Virus record (IMG/VR): IMGVR_UViG_3300032327_000460
Coordinates: 8,422 to 72,421 of that record
Direction: 5' to 3' (one strand)
DNA: 64,000 nucleotides
From: a virus
Taxonomy: Duplodnaviria; Caudoviricetes
Part shown: positions 1 through 9,500 of the stretch, piece by piece
Position numbering within the stretch: position 1 is the stretch's first letter
Layout of the letters: each line of letters opens with the position of its first letter
Notes under the pieces: generated by a model
Database searches by the model: none
The model's input: the letters and a program-made list of their open reading frames with translations, nothing else
Told to the model about the DNA's origin: nothing
Program-made: the position numbers and the translations under genes

Positions 1-109
1 ACTAAGTAATATTTAGGAGTTGAACTATGACTATGTTTTGGTTGCAATTTATTGCAATGTGGGTATTAGTTGTAATGGGTCTAGTAATTATTGTCAAGGA
101 TTGATTCCA

Positions 110-337
110 ATGAAATTAAATGATATCCTACAATGGATTGGTGCAGTATTCATCATCATTGGTCACATTTGTAATTCAATTGGACCTGATGCGTACCCCT
201 ACAATATTGTAGCATTCACCTTAGGCACGATTGCATTTATGACATGGACCATTCGCGTGAAGAATCGCCCTCAATTGGTAGTGAACCTTGTGGCAATTGT
301 AACATGTTTTATAGGTCTTGTTAAGGCTTATATGTAA
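110..337 (+). CDS. small membrane protein
   Basis: Three hydrophobic segments; start moved to ATG at 110 (MKLNDILQW) within track ORF 20..337. Confidence 0.6.
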   Translation: MKLNDILQWIGAVFIIIGHICNSIGPDAYPYNIVAFTLGTIAFMTWTIRVKNRPQLVVNLVAIVTCFIGLVKAYM

Positions 338-404
338 AATTGTTAAAGGCAACCATGTACATATCCTTATAGTGGAATATTTCTAATAACTCATAAATAA
401 GGTT

Positions 405-635
405 ATGCGTTATTGGAAAAATCATTGGTTGACATTTAATAAAATTCTTGCTATACTTATAGCAATAGTTTATTTTGGTTGGATGTTTCAGGAAGACCCT
501 GAAATTGAAGAACCAATTATTACTGTTAGTTACAAATGTGAAATAGTACTACGAAATCCAAATAACATACCTGACCATGTTAAACAACAATGTATTAAAC
601 TTCTAAAAGATAATTATGAAACTGAATCAGATTAA
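405..635 (+). CDS. hypothetical protein, one TM segment
   Basis: ORF track; ATAAATA late-type box at 393-399 just upstream. Confidence 0.6.
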   Translation: MRYWKNHWLTFNKILAILIAIVYFGWMFQEDPEIEEPIITVSYKCEIVLRNPNNIPDHVKQQCIKLLKDNYETESD

Positions 636-1140
636 TGAAGCACTCAATCATCAAATCACTGGTGGCTCTGACTATCATTGGAACTGCTTTCCAGATGCAC
701 GATTCCTAGACTACGAAAGTGAATACGCCCACGTTTCAATATTGTATAGTACAGTAGACCAAACTGTATACCAAGCAGACGCATCAATTAAACGTGATGT
801 ATGGCCTAATGATACTAGATATGACAAACCATATCGTTGGACAAATCCTACATTCAAAGATGCATATATTAATGAATCAAAAGAACGCAATGTAGATCCC
901 AATCAGGCATGGGATGATGTAAAGTATATTGAGTTGGAGACAGACGAAGACTTCCTAGAGAAGGCAAAATCAATGTTTGCCGGCAATTATTGGGATACTC
1001 GCATTCAAGTACCATTAGACCTTGATGATACTATGATGTTACATCTTGCAATGGAAGCACACAAACGTGATATTACATTGAACAAAATGGTAGAAATTGT
1101 ATTGCAAGAAGCAATCAATAAACATAAGGAAACAGTTTGA
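616..1140 (+). CDS. hypothetical protein
   Basis: 174 aa ORF overlapping both neighbours. Confidence 0.65.
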   Translation: MKLNQINEALNHQITGGSDYHWNCFPDARFLDYESEYAHVSILYSTVDQTVYQADASIKRDVWPNDTRYDKPYRWTNPTFKDAYINESKERNVDPNQAWDDVKYIELETDEDFLEKAKSMFAGNYWDTRIQVPLDLDDTMMLHLAMEAHKRDITLNKMVEIVLQEAINKHKETV

Positions 1141-1421
1141 ACGAATTAGTTTTTAACATCGTAGCATGGATCAAAGAGGATTGGCGTAGTAATCCTCTTC
1201 GCTGTTTCTTAGAAATACTAGCATGGTTCTTAAGTATAGGTTGTGCGTTTACAATGATGCTCACAGTACCGACTCCCCCTTTCTTAATTCTCTACCCACT
1301 GTTCATTTTGCAATGTGCAATTTTTGCATGGGCAGCTTGGACACGTAAGAGTTTAGGAATGTTAGCAAATTATATGTTGTTAGTAACGATTGACAGCATA
1401 GCACTTTTTAGGATGATATAA
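1137..1421 (+). CDS. small membrane protein
   Basis: Three hydrophobic helices; overlaps upstream stop. Confidence 0.65.
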   Translation: MNELVFNIVAWIKEDWRSNPLRCFLEILAWFLSIGCAFTMMLTVPTPPFLILYPLFILQCAIFAWAAWTRKSLGMLANYMLLVTIDSIALFRMI

Positions 1422-1741
1422 TGGCAACAACAATTAAAATGACAAATACCAAAACCGGTATCACTAAAGATGGATACATAGGTTTCAGTTTCAGTTACTT
1501 TTTTCTAGGTATATTTAATATGGGCTGGCTAGTTCCTCTATATCGAGGGGAACTATTAGTTACGCTAGTTTGTTTAATTATCCATGTATTAACATTGCCC
1601 TTTTGGATCATCACTGCTGTAGTGTTCGGTTTATTCTTCAATAAATATTATACCCTTAAATTAATCGAAGAAGGTTATACTTTCAGTGACAGTGATACTG
1701 AACTAGTAGAACGGGCTAAAACTATTTTAGGAATTAAATAA
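1421..1741 (+). CDS. membrane protein (DUF2628-like)
   Basis: GFSFSYFFLG...LFFNKYYTLKLIEEGY pattern. Confidence 0.45.
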   Translation: MATTIKMTNTKTGITKDGYIGFSFSYFFLGIFNMGWLVPLYRGELLVTLVCLIIHVLTLPFWIITAVVFGLFFNKYYTLKLIEEGYTFSDSDTELVERAKTILGIK

Positions 1742-2032
1742 ATGGAAATCACATCTGACTGGACAGAAAAAGATTGGGATATTTTTACCCGGTGGCTTAA
1801 AGGCATGTTGCAAGCAAGTGAAGGTGTAGTTACCTTTACTAAAAGTGATGGAACTGAACGGGTGATGAAATGCACATTAGTACCTGAACAACTTCCCAAA
1901 GTTGAAATTAAAGAAGATATAAAACCTCGCAAAGAATCAACTACATCAATGCGTGTGTTTGATTTAGAAAAGAATGAATGGCGTAGCTTCACCATTAAAA
2001 AAGTTAAACAAGTTAATTTCACTATAGAATGA
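1742..2032 (+). CDS. WYL_2/DUF2693-like SH3-fold protein
   Basis: VTFTKSDGTERVMKCTL...VFDLEKNEWRSF motif typical of T4-like phages. Confidence 0.55.
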   Translation: MEITSDWTEKDWDIFTRWLKGMLQASEGVVTFTKSDGTERVMKCTLVPEQLPKVEIKEDIKPRKESTTSMRVFDLEKNEWRSFTIKKVKQVNFTIE

Positions 2033-3357
2033 ACGATTTTGAACAAGGCAACATTCACTACATGGCCAAAGAATATTATGAGGCCACTAAATGTTACAAA
2101 AGATTTTTAAAACAAGATCCAGATAATTATATAGCATGGCATAATCTTGCTCTAGCATTGTCACAACTGGGAAATGACATAGAAGCATTAAAATGTTTGG
2201 AAATTCCCTGCAGTAAAAACTATGTAGAAAGTTGGTTAAGTAAAGGTGCTGCCTTGCGTAGCCTCGGGCAATATCGAGAAGCATTAATTACATTTGCACA
2301 TACCTTTGCATTAGACCCCAAACATTCCACTGCATATAGTAACTATGGTAATACATTGCGTGAGTTTGGATTACCTGAATTAGCCATTCCTTTTTTAAAG
2401 ATAGCACAAGATTTAAAACCCAACGATGTTAACTATGAATTAAATGAAAGTGTTTGTCATTTAATGAAGGGCGATTTAGTTGAAGGGTGGAAAAAATACG
2501 ATGCAAGGTGGTTTTATCAAAGTGATACTAGTTTAAAACCTCAATTGCCCGGGCCAGAATATGATGGTTCTCAAGATATTGTAGGTAAGATGGTTCTTGT
2601 ATATTATGAACAAGGGTTCGGGGATAATATTCAATTTATTCGTTTTGCTAAATTATTACAAGATAAAGGTGCAATTGTAACAGTCATAACAAAATCACAA
2701 TTATACGAATTATTCAAATATAACTTTCCCGAGTTAACTATATTGAATGCCGATGTACAGATTCCTTCATATCATTATCATGTTGCATTAATGGATTTAC
2801 CTAAGTGTTTTAATACAACTATTAATACTATTCCATATACTACACCTTACTTAGATGTAAGTGAGGGGGTTAAACAATCATGGAAACAGTTATTAGGACC
2901 TAAAACAAAAAAACGTATTGGTTTACTATCCAGTCCAAATAAAATTGCATTTATTTCTAGGTTTCGTAGAATTGAATTAGAACAATTATTGTCCATTGTC
3001 AATGATGATTATGAGTTTATCAGCCTATCATATGAAGTAGATGAGCAGATATTAGAAACATTAGAAAAATACAATGTTAAAACATTACATGAAAATCTTA
3101 CTGGATTTTACAATACAGCAGGACTGATTAGTCAACTAGATTTGGTTATATCTATCGATACCGTTATACCTCACTTAAGCGGGGCAATGGGAATACCTAC
3201 TTGGGTAATGTTAACTGATTATGGTTGTGATTGGCGATGGTTTATGAATCGCAACGATAGTCCATTTTATGATTGTGTGAGATTATTCCGTCAGACCAAT
3301 GGGTCATGGGATAGTGTACTTGAGTCCATAACGTCCGAACTAAAAAAATTAAATTGA
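2029..3357 (+). CDS. TPR-repeat glycosyltransferase (GT9-like C-terminus)
   Basis: N-terminal TPRs (AWHNLALAL, AYSNYGNTL); EQGFGDNIQFIRF; TAGLISQLDLVISIDTVIPHLSGAMG; DWRW. Confidence 0.8.
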   Translation: MNDFEQGNIHYMAKEYYEATKCYKRFLKQDPDNYIAWHNLALALSQLGNDIEALKCLEIPCSKNYVESWLSKGAALRSLGQYREALITFAHTFALDPKHSTAYSNYGNTLREFGLPELAIPFLKIAQDLKPNDVNYELNESVCHLMKGDLVEGWKKYDARWFYQSDTSLKPQLPGPEYDGSQDIVGKMVLVYYEQGFGDNIQFIRFAKLLQDKGAIVTVITKSQLYELFKYNFPELTILNADVQIPSYHYHVALMDLPKCFNTTINTIPYTTPYLDVSEGVKQSWKQLLGPKTKKRIGLLSSPNKIAFISRFRRIELEQLLSIVNDDYEFISLSYEVDEQILETLEKYNVKTLHENLTGFYNTAGLISQLDLVISIDTVIPHLSGAMGIPTWVMLTDYGCDWRWFMNRNDSPFYDCVRLFRQTNGSWDSVLESITSELKKLN

Positions 3358-3382
3358 CAATAAATACCCCATGTGATATAAT
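3354..3382 (+). promoter_or_regulatory. sigma70-type early promoter
   Basis: TTGACA 3354-3359, 17-nt spacer, TATAAT 3377-3382; predicted start site falls near ATG 3390 (leaderless mRNA). Confidence 0.7.
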
Positions 3383-3389
3383 ATGGGTT

Positions 3390-3554
3390 ATGAAACGAGA
3401 AATACTATCCTTCAAAATTGAACAGCCCAAACATAGGGCTCACCGTGTGTTGTTTGACGAAAACACACCATTCAAACCTAAGGTTGTTAAGTCCAAAACA
3501 GGCTACCAACGTAAGCCTAAACATCCAAAATTTGACAATAATTCGGATATCTGA
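3390..3554 (+). CDS. small basic protein, ArfA (alternative ribosome rescue factor)-like
   Basis: 54 aa; LFDENTPFKPKVVKSKTGYQRKPKH resembles recalled ArfA core [27 protein letters not shown]. Confidence 0.35.
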   Translation: MKREILSFKIEQPKHRAHRVLFDENTPFKPKVVKSKTGYQRKPKHPKFDNNSDI

Positions 3555-3589
3555 TACAATATATGTATTGAAACGATAAAGAATTGGAT

Positions 3590-3736
3590 ATGAAGTACAC
3601 TCTGATTACAAGTAACGGTAAAGTATTCACTTTCTTTCTCAAAATTGTCGCCGAACAGTTCCAGCAGGCATACGGCGGCAATATCATCACTGCTGAAACT
3701 CTTACAAAGGAAATAAAAAATGAAACTTTCGCTTAA
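3590..3736 (+). CDS. small hypothetical protein (48 aa, below track cutoff)
   Basis: Read by hand (MKYTLITSNGK); promoter TTGACA 3532-3537 / TACAAT 3555-3560 upstream. Confidence 0.5.
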   Translation: MKYTLITSNGKVFTFFLKIVAEQFQQAYGGNIITAETLTKEIKNETFA

Positions 3737-3950
3737 ACAAATTGCCCTGATCCAAACTCTCAAACTGTTTGCCATTGCCCTGTCGATAGGGGTTCTTACT
3801 AATTTGGCCTTTGCCTACCTCACAGTTTCCCAAATTGGCATTGGTTTCTGCACTGTTTTGTTGGCATTCTTGGTCAAGACGATCTATGATATCGAACTGT
3901 GCAAGGCAAAAGACCGAGAAGCACTGAAAGAACTGAACAAAAATATTTGA
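3720..3950 (+). CDS. small membrane protein
   Basis: Two hydrophobic segments. Confidence 0.6.
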   Translation: MKLSLKQIALIQTLKLFAIALSIGVLTNLAFAYLTVSQIGIGFCTVLLAFLVKTIYDIELCKAKDREALKELNKNI

Positions 3951-4008
3951 CAATAAATCGTTTTGGGTATATAATAGAATCTTAAACAGTCAAACAACAG
4001 GAGTTAAA
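3947..4008 (+). repeat. conserved early promoter plus RBS cassette, copy A
   Basis: TTGACAATAAATCGTTTTGGGTATATAATAGAATCTTAAACAGTCAAACAACAGGAGTTAAA; near-identical to reverse complement of 58012-58073. Confidence 0.9.
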
Positions 4009-4293
4009 ATGACTTTGCAAGAAATCAATCGTTCTATCATTGCGGGAACCTTTACCAACGAAGACCTGAATTCTATCGGGGACGCTATCAAGTTTGCCCG
4101 TGCCCAACTTGCTCAGAAGGCCAAGTTCACCTTGCGTACAGGTTCACAAGTGAAATTCACTAATTCACGATCTGGTCAGATTGTACTCGGTACGGTTGAA
4201 AAAGTCAATCGTAAATTTATCATCGTCCGTGAAAACGGCAAAGCATTTGGATGCAACTGGCGAGTTCCTGCTAGTATGTTGACAGTACTTTAA
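4009..4293 (+). CDS. hypothetical early protein
   Basis: Directly behind promoter cassette with AGGAG RBS. Confidence 0.7.
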   Translation: MTLQEINRSIIAGTFTNEDLNSIGDAIKFARAQLAQKAKFTLRTGSQVKFTNSRSGQIVLGTVEKVNRKFIIVRENGKAFGCNWRVPASMLTVL

Positions 4294-4306
4294 GGAGTAA
4301 TTCAAA

Positions 4307-4480
4307 ATGACTAAAGTAGCAGAATTGTATATGGAAATCGAACACATGTTGGAGCAAGGTACACATCCATCAACTATCTCCGCGGTGCTTGACATTCCGG
4401 TCTTCTTTGTCTATGATGTAGTAGAAAGTATTCAATTTGATACTGAGGAATTGAGTCCTTTTAGGACAATTAATTCCTAA
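4307..4480 (+). CDS. small hypothetical protein (57 aa, below track cutoff)
   Basis: Read by hand; TAAGGAG RBS then ATGACTAAAG...TCCTAA. Confidence 0.6.
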   Translation: MTKVAELYMEIEHMLEQGTHPSTISAVLDIPVFFVYDVVESIQFDTEELSPFRTINS

Positions 4481-4485
4481 AAAGG

Positions 4486-4547
4486 TTGACAATAAATCAC
4501 TTTGGGTATATAATAGAATCTTAGACAGTTAAATAAAGGACTCAAAA
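4486..4547 (+). repeat. conserved early promoter plus RBS cassette, copy B
   Basis: TTGACA 4486-4491, TATAAT 4509-4514; about 3 mismatches to reverse complement of 35398-35459. Confidence 0.9.
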
Positions 4548-4964
4548 ATGGCTTACATGAATCAAGAACGCAAACAAAAAATCGCTCAAACACTCAAGCC
4601 AATTTTGGCTAAGTACAAAGTCAAGGGTTCACTGAGAGTGCGTAGTCACATGACCATTGTGTTGACCCTCAAATCGGGCGCAATTGATTTTATTGGCAAC
4701 AGCAACCGTGTTTGCGGTAATGATTTTTATCAAGTATCCCGCGGTTTCAAGCCCAACACTAATGGCTACGATCAGGTAAACCCCTATCACTTCCAAAGTC
4801 ACTATGATGGTGTTGCTAAGGAATTCTTGACCGAAGCATTGAAAGCATTGAAGTCGGCCGACTGGTATGACGAATCCGATGCAATGACAGATTATTTTAA
4901 CACCGCATATTATGTTGATGTTAACATTGGTAACTGGGACAAACCCTACATTTTGGAGGCATGA
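4548..4964 (+). CDS. hypothetical early protein
   Basis: 138 aa behind promoter cassette. Confidence 0.7.
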   Translation: MAYMNQERKQKIAQTLKPILAKYKVKGSLRVRSHMTIVLTLKSGAIDFIGNSNRVCGNDFYQVSRGFKPNTNGYDQVNPYHFQSHYDGVAKEFLTEALKALKSADWYDESDAMTDYFNTAYYVDVNIGNWDKPYILEA

Positions 4965-5337
4965 TGCTAGAACGAATCAAAAATGTTTTTTATAATATCA
5001 TGTATTGGCTAGAACCCTTTTTCTGGCTAGTATTGGCAATGATTGGTGTAACAATGTTATGGGTGAATAAATGAATCAATATTGGATCCTCGTAAAATAT
5101 AAAGACGAACCTGGAGCAGGTTTCGGTCGTGTAGTAATTAATGCTGATAATCCTTACCAAGCTATTCAAATGGCAAAGGCTCAGTATGGACGATTGTTGA
5201 TTAGTGAATCAGCAAACGCCGTTTAATAATGGGTAACACAATGGTTGACAATAATGTCCGATTGTGTTATCATTATGTCAGTGCTGAATGATATCGGCAC
5301 ATTTTTTAAACTTAGCTTTTATTTAAAGGAAATTCAA

Positions 5338-5730
5338 ATGGCTAATTCTAATCAACTTTTCAAAGTCGCAGGTATCACTACTAACAAAGGTGAGGCAAAG
5401 GCTCGTTTCGCAAACGATATGATCCGTCGTATCAAACAATTCACTAAAGGTGGTCACGAACGTGTTGACTTCATTGAATTGCCTAGCGAGATGACAAAGA
5501 TCGAGGCACTCAAATATTTGCAAGCACATGCAGACTTCCAATCTGCCGCAGATCAAGCAACTATTGCTGATACTCTTGCTGACAAAACTAAAGAGGCTAG
5601 CAAAGGTGAAGTTAAAGTCAAGTCTTCTAAGACAAAACCAAGCATCGATGCTATCAAAGCCCGTAGCAAAAAATCTAAAGAAGTGTCCGTTGCTGAGATT
5701 TTGGCAGCAGTAGAAGACGCTCCACTGTAA
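5338..5730 (+). CDS. hypothetical protein with Lys-rich tail
   Basis: Start moved to ATG 5338 after TAAAGGA RBS. Confidence 0.65.
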   Translation: MANSNQLFKVAGITTNKGEAKARFANDMIRRIKQFTKGGHERVDFIELPSEMTKIEALKYLQAHADFQSAADQATIADTLADKTKEASKGEVKVKSSKTKPSIDAIKARSKKSKEVSVAEILAAVEDAPL

Positions 5731-5757
5731 TTAACGGGGCTACGGCCCCTTCAACAT

Positions 5758-5970
5758 ATGAATTTTAACCTAGCTACATTCCGTCGTTCGTTCAATCCTC
5801 GTAGAGAATTTAATCCAGCAAACAAAGAAGATTTGATGGAATTTAAATTCTTTAAACAGAACGGTAAATGGAAATCAGGATGCCCATTCTATCTTGAGGA
5901 TCCGTTTGTTGAGATTCCGGCAATGTGTGAAAGTAAGTTTACTATTCACATGCTAGAAAAGATCAAATAA
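5758..5970 (+). CDS. hypothetical protein
   Basis: ORF track, 70 aa. Confidence 0.55.
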   Translation: MNFNLATFRRSFNPRREFNPANKEDLMEFKFFKQNGKWKSGCPFYLEDPFVEIPAMCESKFTIHMLEKIK

Positions 5971-5996
5971 AAAAGCCCCTTAAGTGGGGCTTTTTT
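5969..5996. terminator. bidirectional rho-independent terminator
   Basis: AAAAAAGCCCC-TTAAGT-GGGGCTTTTTT between convergent gene blocks. Confidence 0.85.
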
Positions 5997-6037
5997 GTGG
6001 ATAGTAAACTGATTATTAGTTCTTGCTCTTATAACAA

Positions 6038-6508
6038 TTAAATTACTGTATATCCCCAGTTGACCACTTGACTTGATCCGCTGTTGTTTGTAATACCAAA
6101 TGTAAATACATTGGAGTTAGAAATAGCAGGAGCAGTATTGATTATTGATCCAGCCGTACCAATAATCTGACTTGGTATTGAATCAATTACCAAAGCATTT
6201 CCAGCTAAATAATACCAAGCAAACTGTTGTCCGATTACAGGAACATTAGTGTTTGTAACAGTGACAGTGGCATTCCACACGCAAATTCCATCCGTAATAT
6301 TACCAAGCACCCACATTGAATAAGTATATCCACCGTTAACTGTAATATTAACTGTGTTGGGACCGGGTGCAAGTATCCAACTACCTCTTACATTGGTAGA
6401 AACATTGGATAATGTATCGCCGTTACCAAAAAAGTTAGCGGCACTGATATTTCCGGTGGTTGAAGTAAACCCACCCTGAGATGAGATTGGTAGTAAATTT
6501 GCTGACAT
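6038..6508 (-). CDS. putative virion accessory/fibre-associated protein
   Basis: N-terminus LLPISSQGGF...NFFGNG resembles that of 13455..16817; beta-rich. Confidence 0.45.
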   Translation of the reverse strand: MSANLLPISSQGGFTSTTGNISAANFFGNGDTLSNVSTNVRGSWILAPGPNTVNITVNGGYTYSMWVLGNITDGICVWNATVTVTNTNVPVIGQQFAWYYLAGNALVIDSIPSQIIGTAGSIINTAPAISNSNVFTFGITNNSGSSQVVNWGYTVI

Positions 6509-6528
6509 TTATTATTTCCTTATTCGTA

Positions 6529-9500
6529 TTAATCTTGTGGTATACCAAACTCTGTAGAATCATATGTTACCCATGATGTTGGGGCACCTGAGTAAATTGT
6601 TACTGTAATTTGCATTTCGTTAGAACCATTCAAGCTAACCAATATAAAACTATTATCAATTGTAGGAGGCGCAACTCTGTTGCTCACAGTATAGAATGTA
6701 TCAGGTCCTGCTAATGTAGCGTATATATCAAACAATTCCATACCTAATCCACTGTGTTGAATCTGCATGGTAACCTTCATCGATGTTATGTTAGAACTAG
6801 AAGCAGTGTAAACTACATTTGGTGTAGAACCGGTAATTTCTGCACTCCATCTAAATGATGGAATAATCTTACGCTGACTACGAATTACTGTTTGCTCGTC
6901 GGTGCTCTCGCCTAGACTAATTGTTGGCAATGTTAAGTTACCGGTGTAGTCAAATACCCAAGGGCTATCAGTAGTTGTAATGTTTACATTGCCTGCATGA
7001 CTGTCTGAACTGGCACCAGAGGTAATATTAACATCGCCGCCGGGAGGTCCCCCACCATCACCAAACGAACCGTATCCGCCAATCAAGTCTAAGTTGCCAC
7101 CTGGATTAGAGGCAAATGAGTCACTAGAGCCGGCCCTAATAGTTATATTGTTACCACCTGCACCGCCTGTTGCGATAGGAGTAAATATGGTTGTATTACC
7201 AGGAACTGATACGTTACCGTCTGTACCAAATGTCCACTCGTTTTTAACAATACTAATAGTAAATGTAGCATTCGAGCTACCACTCGTAACAGTTATCGTG
7301 TCACCCTCAGTATATCCAGTACCTGGAGTAGCAATATCAATATTATTAGCATAACCACCGTCATTGCCAACGTTTACTCTTAATCCAGTACCACTGCCAC
7401 CAGTAGTAGCAAGGTCAGAACTAGGATTACTTTCCCAACCGCCACTACTACCTGTAATAGCGGTAACAGCACCTGGCACACCATTTGGAACTGATAGTAC
7501 TAAGTCAGTGCTAGTAGATATAGTACCATCATCAGGGTGAATTGTAACTGTGTTACTAGTGTATCCACCAAATACAGTATTCAGAGCAGTAATCTCAAGA
7601 TTAGCAGGACCTGCTTCACTAGCATCAATTGATGCGATACCGGGGTTTTCGCCACCATACATTCTTAGTATAGGATCACTGCTAGCACCATCACGCGGGA
7701 ATGTTAATACACCGTCGTAACCAAAGTTCCATTGAGCAGTATTGCCAGCATCGTCATTAGTATTGATAACAATATTACCTGTGTTTGCCAACTTAACATA
7801 CAATTCATCATTACCAAGATACAATTCAGTATTATATAAGTTACCTGAGGTCAAATGCAAGTGATTAAAGTCTTCTCCTGCTGTAGGATAAACTAGTAAC
7901 TGTTGGTCAGCATTAATTCCACCTGATGGCTTTAGTGCAATTGTATTTCCATCAAGTCCGCCGAATGGAATGCCAGTTTCAGAAATAATTCCTCCGGATG
8001 GTAATGTAATAGTTGCCCCGGCACGTGACAATTCAAATGAGTTATTAGCATCACTTATTCTACCAAATATATTACTTGTTAAGAATCCACCTGTCCCAAA
8101 GATAATATCATTTACTGTACCCTGACTACCGGTCGACAATACTAGATTACCTCCAGTATCTCCTGTGATAATTGTACCCGGAGAATATGTCTCTACAAAT
8201 ACATATCCATCTCCTGGACCGGTAATAGTGTAATCTGTATCATTAAATCCTGAACTAGTAAAGCCTAAATCTGCCCAGCCACCATTGTCATCCCCTCGAT
8301 GACCTAAGGCTACCCAGTCAGCACTACCGTTATCTGAAACATTTTCAATAACACCTTGAATATATGCCTCACCAGTGGTACTTGCAATAAACACTGCATT
8401 AGTCAAGTCTGCTAAATTGTCGGCGCCCGGTCCTATTGAGATACGTGAGCCACCTAACACGACATTATCGGGTGCATAGAATGTACCATCATCACCGAAT
8501 ATAAATTCGTGTACACCTGCATTTGCAAAAATAGTTAAATTAGCACTTGCTGGCCCAACAATGTCACCAGGTGTTTGTAAATTACCGGTATTGTCGAAAG
8601 TCCAGGTATGTGCGGCATTGCCGGTTGAAATAGTTGCGTTGCTTTGAGTTACTCTGATGTTACTACCTAGTGTATCATTGATATAACTGATGGTCTTTAA
8701 TTCCACGGATCCACTATCGCCATCATCATACGCATAGAAACTGGTGTTGCCACCATAGATGCCTTGAATATTACCCGGCAAGTTCAATCGACCAGAGTCG
8801 TCAAAGCTCCATTGGTAACCATTGCCTTGATAGTCGGTTTCGATGGTAAATCGGTCACGCAGTAATCTTGTTTGTGACAGGGTATTACCTGCACCGTCAG
8901 TGACCACTTGGTATAATCCCCATCCATCATTGTCTTGATCTTGAGTTATAAGAACAAGGTCTTCATTGATAGGGTTGAGTAAAGTATAGTTAGGCAGTGT
9001 TGTAGTGCCATCATAAGAAAAATTCCATTGAGCACTTGGGCCACCATCTTGTTGTGGGTTAACTATAATATTACCAGTGCCTTCTAGTTTTACATACTTA
9101 CTATCATCACCAAAGTATTGGTCGTAATAAAGATTGTTGCCTGTGTCGAAATGTATATGAGTAGCAACATCTCCGCCGCGCACTCTAAAGTATTGTAGGT
9201 TTGCTAGTTCAGTATCGCCTGGTGCTAGGTATAATCCACCTCCGCCACCGCTGTCGCCTGTACCTATAACAATTTGGTTGTCAAATGTAACATCTCCTGT
9301 ACTACCGCCGCCGGTGACTGGAGCAAAGACGCCATTTCCATATAATACATTGCTTGTACTACCAGTTAAACTGATAGTAGCAATATTACCTAGACCGGAT
9401 ACATTAGCGGCCGCAACACTATTAGCAGTTGTCGCATAACTTACAGCACCTGATACATTTGCACCTGCCACAGACAATGCTGTGTTAGCAATATTAGCAT

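Noticed and set aside
5736-5749. GGGGC-TACG-GCCCC hairpin as a terminator
   Set aside because: No U-tract follows; more likely an mRNA-stabilising or processing hairpin, so not called
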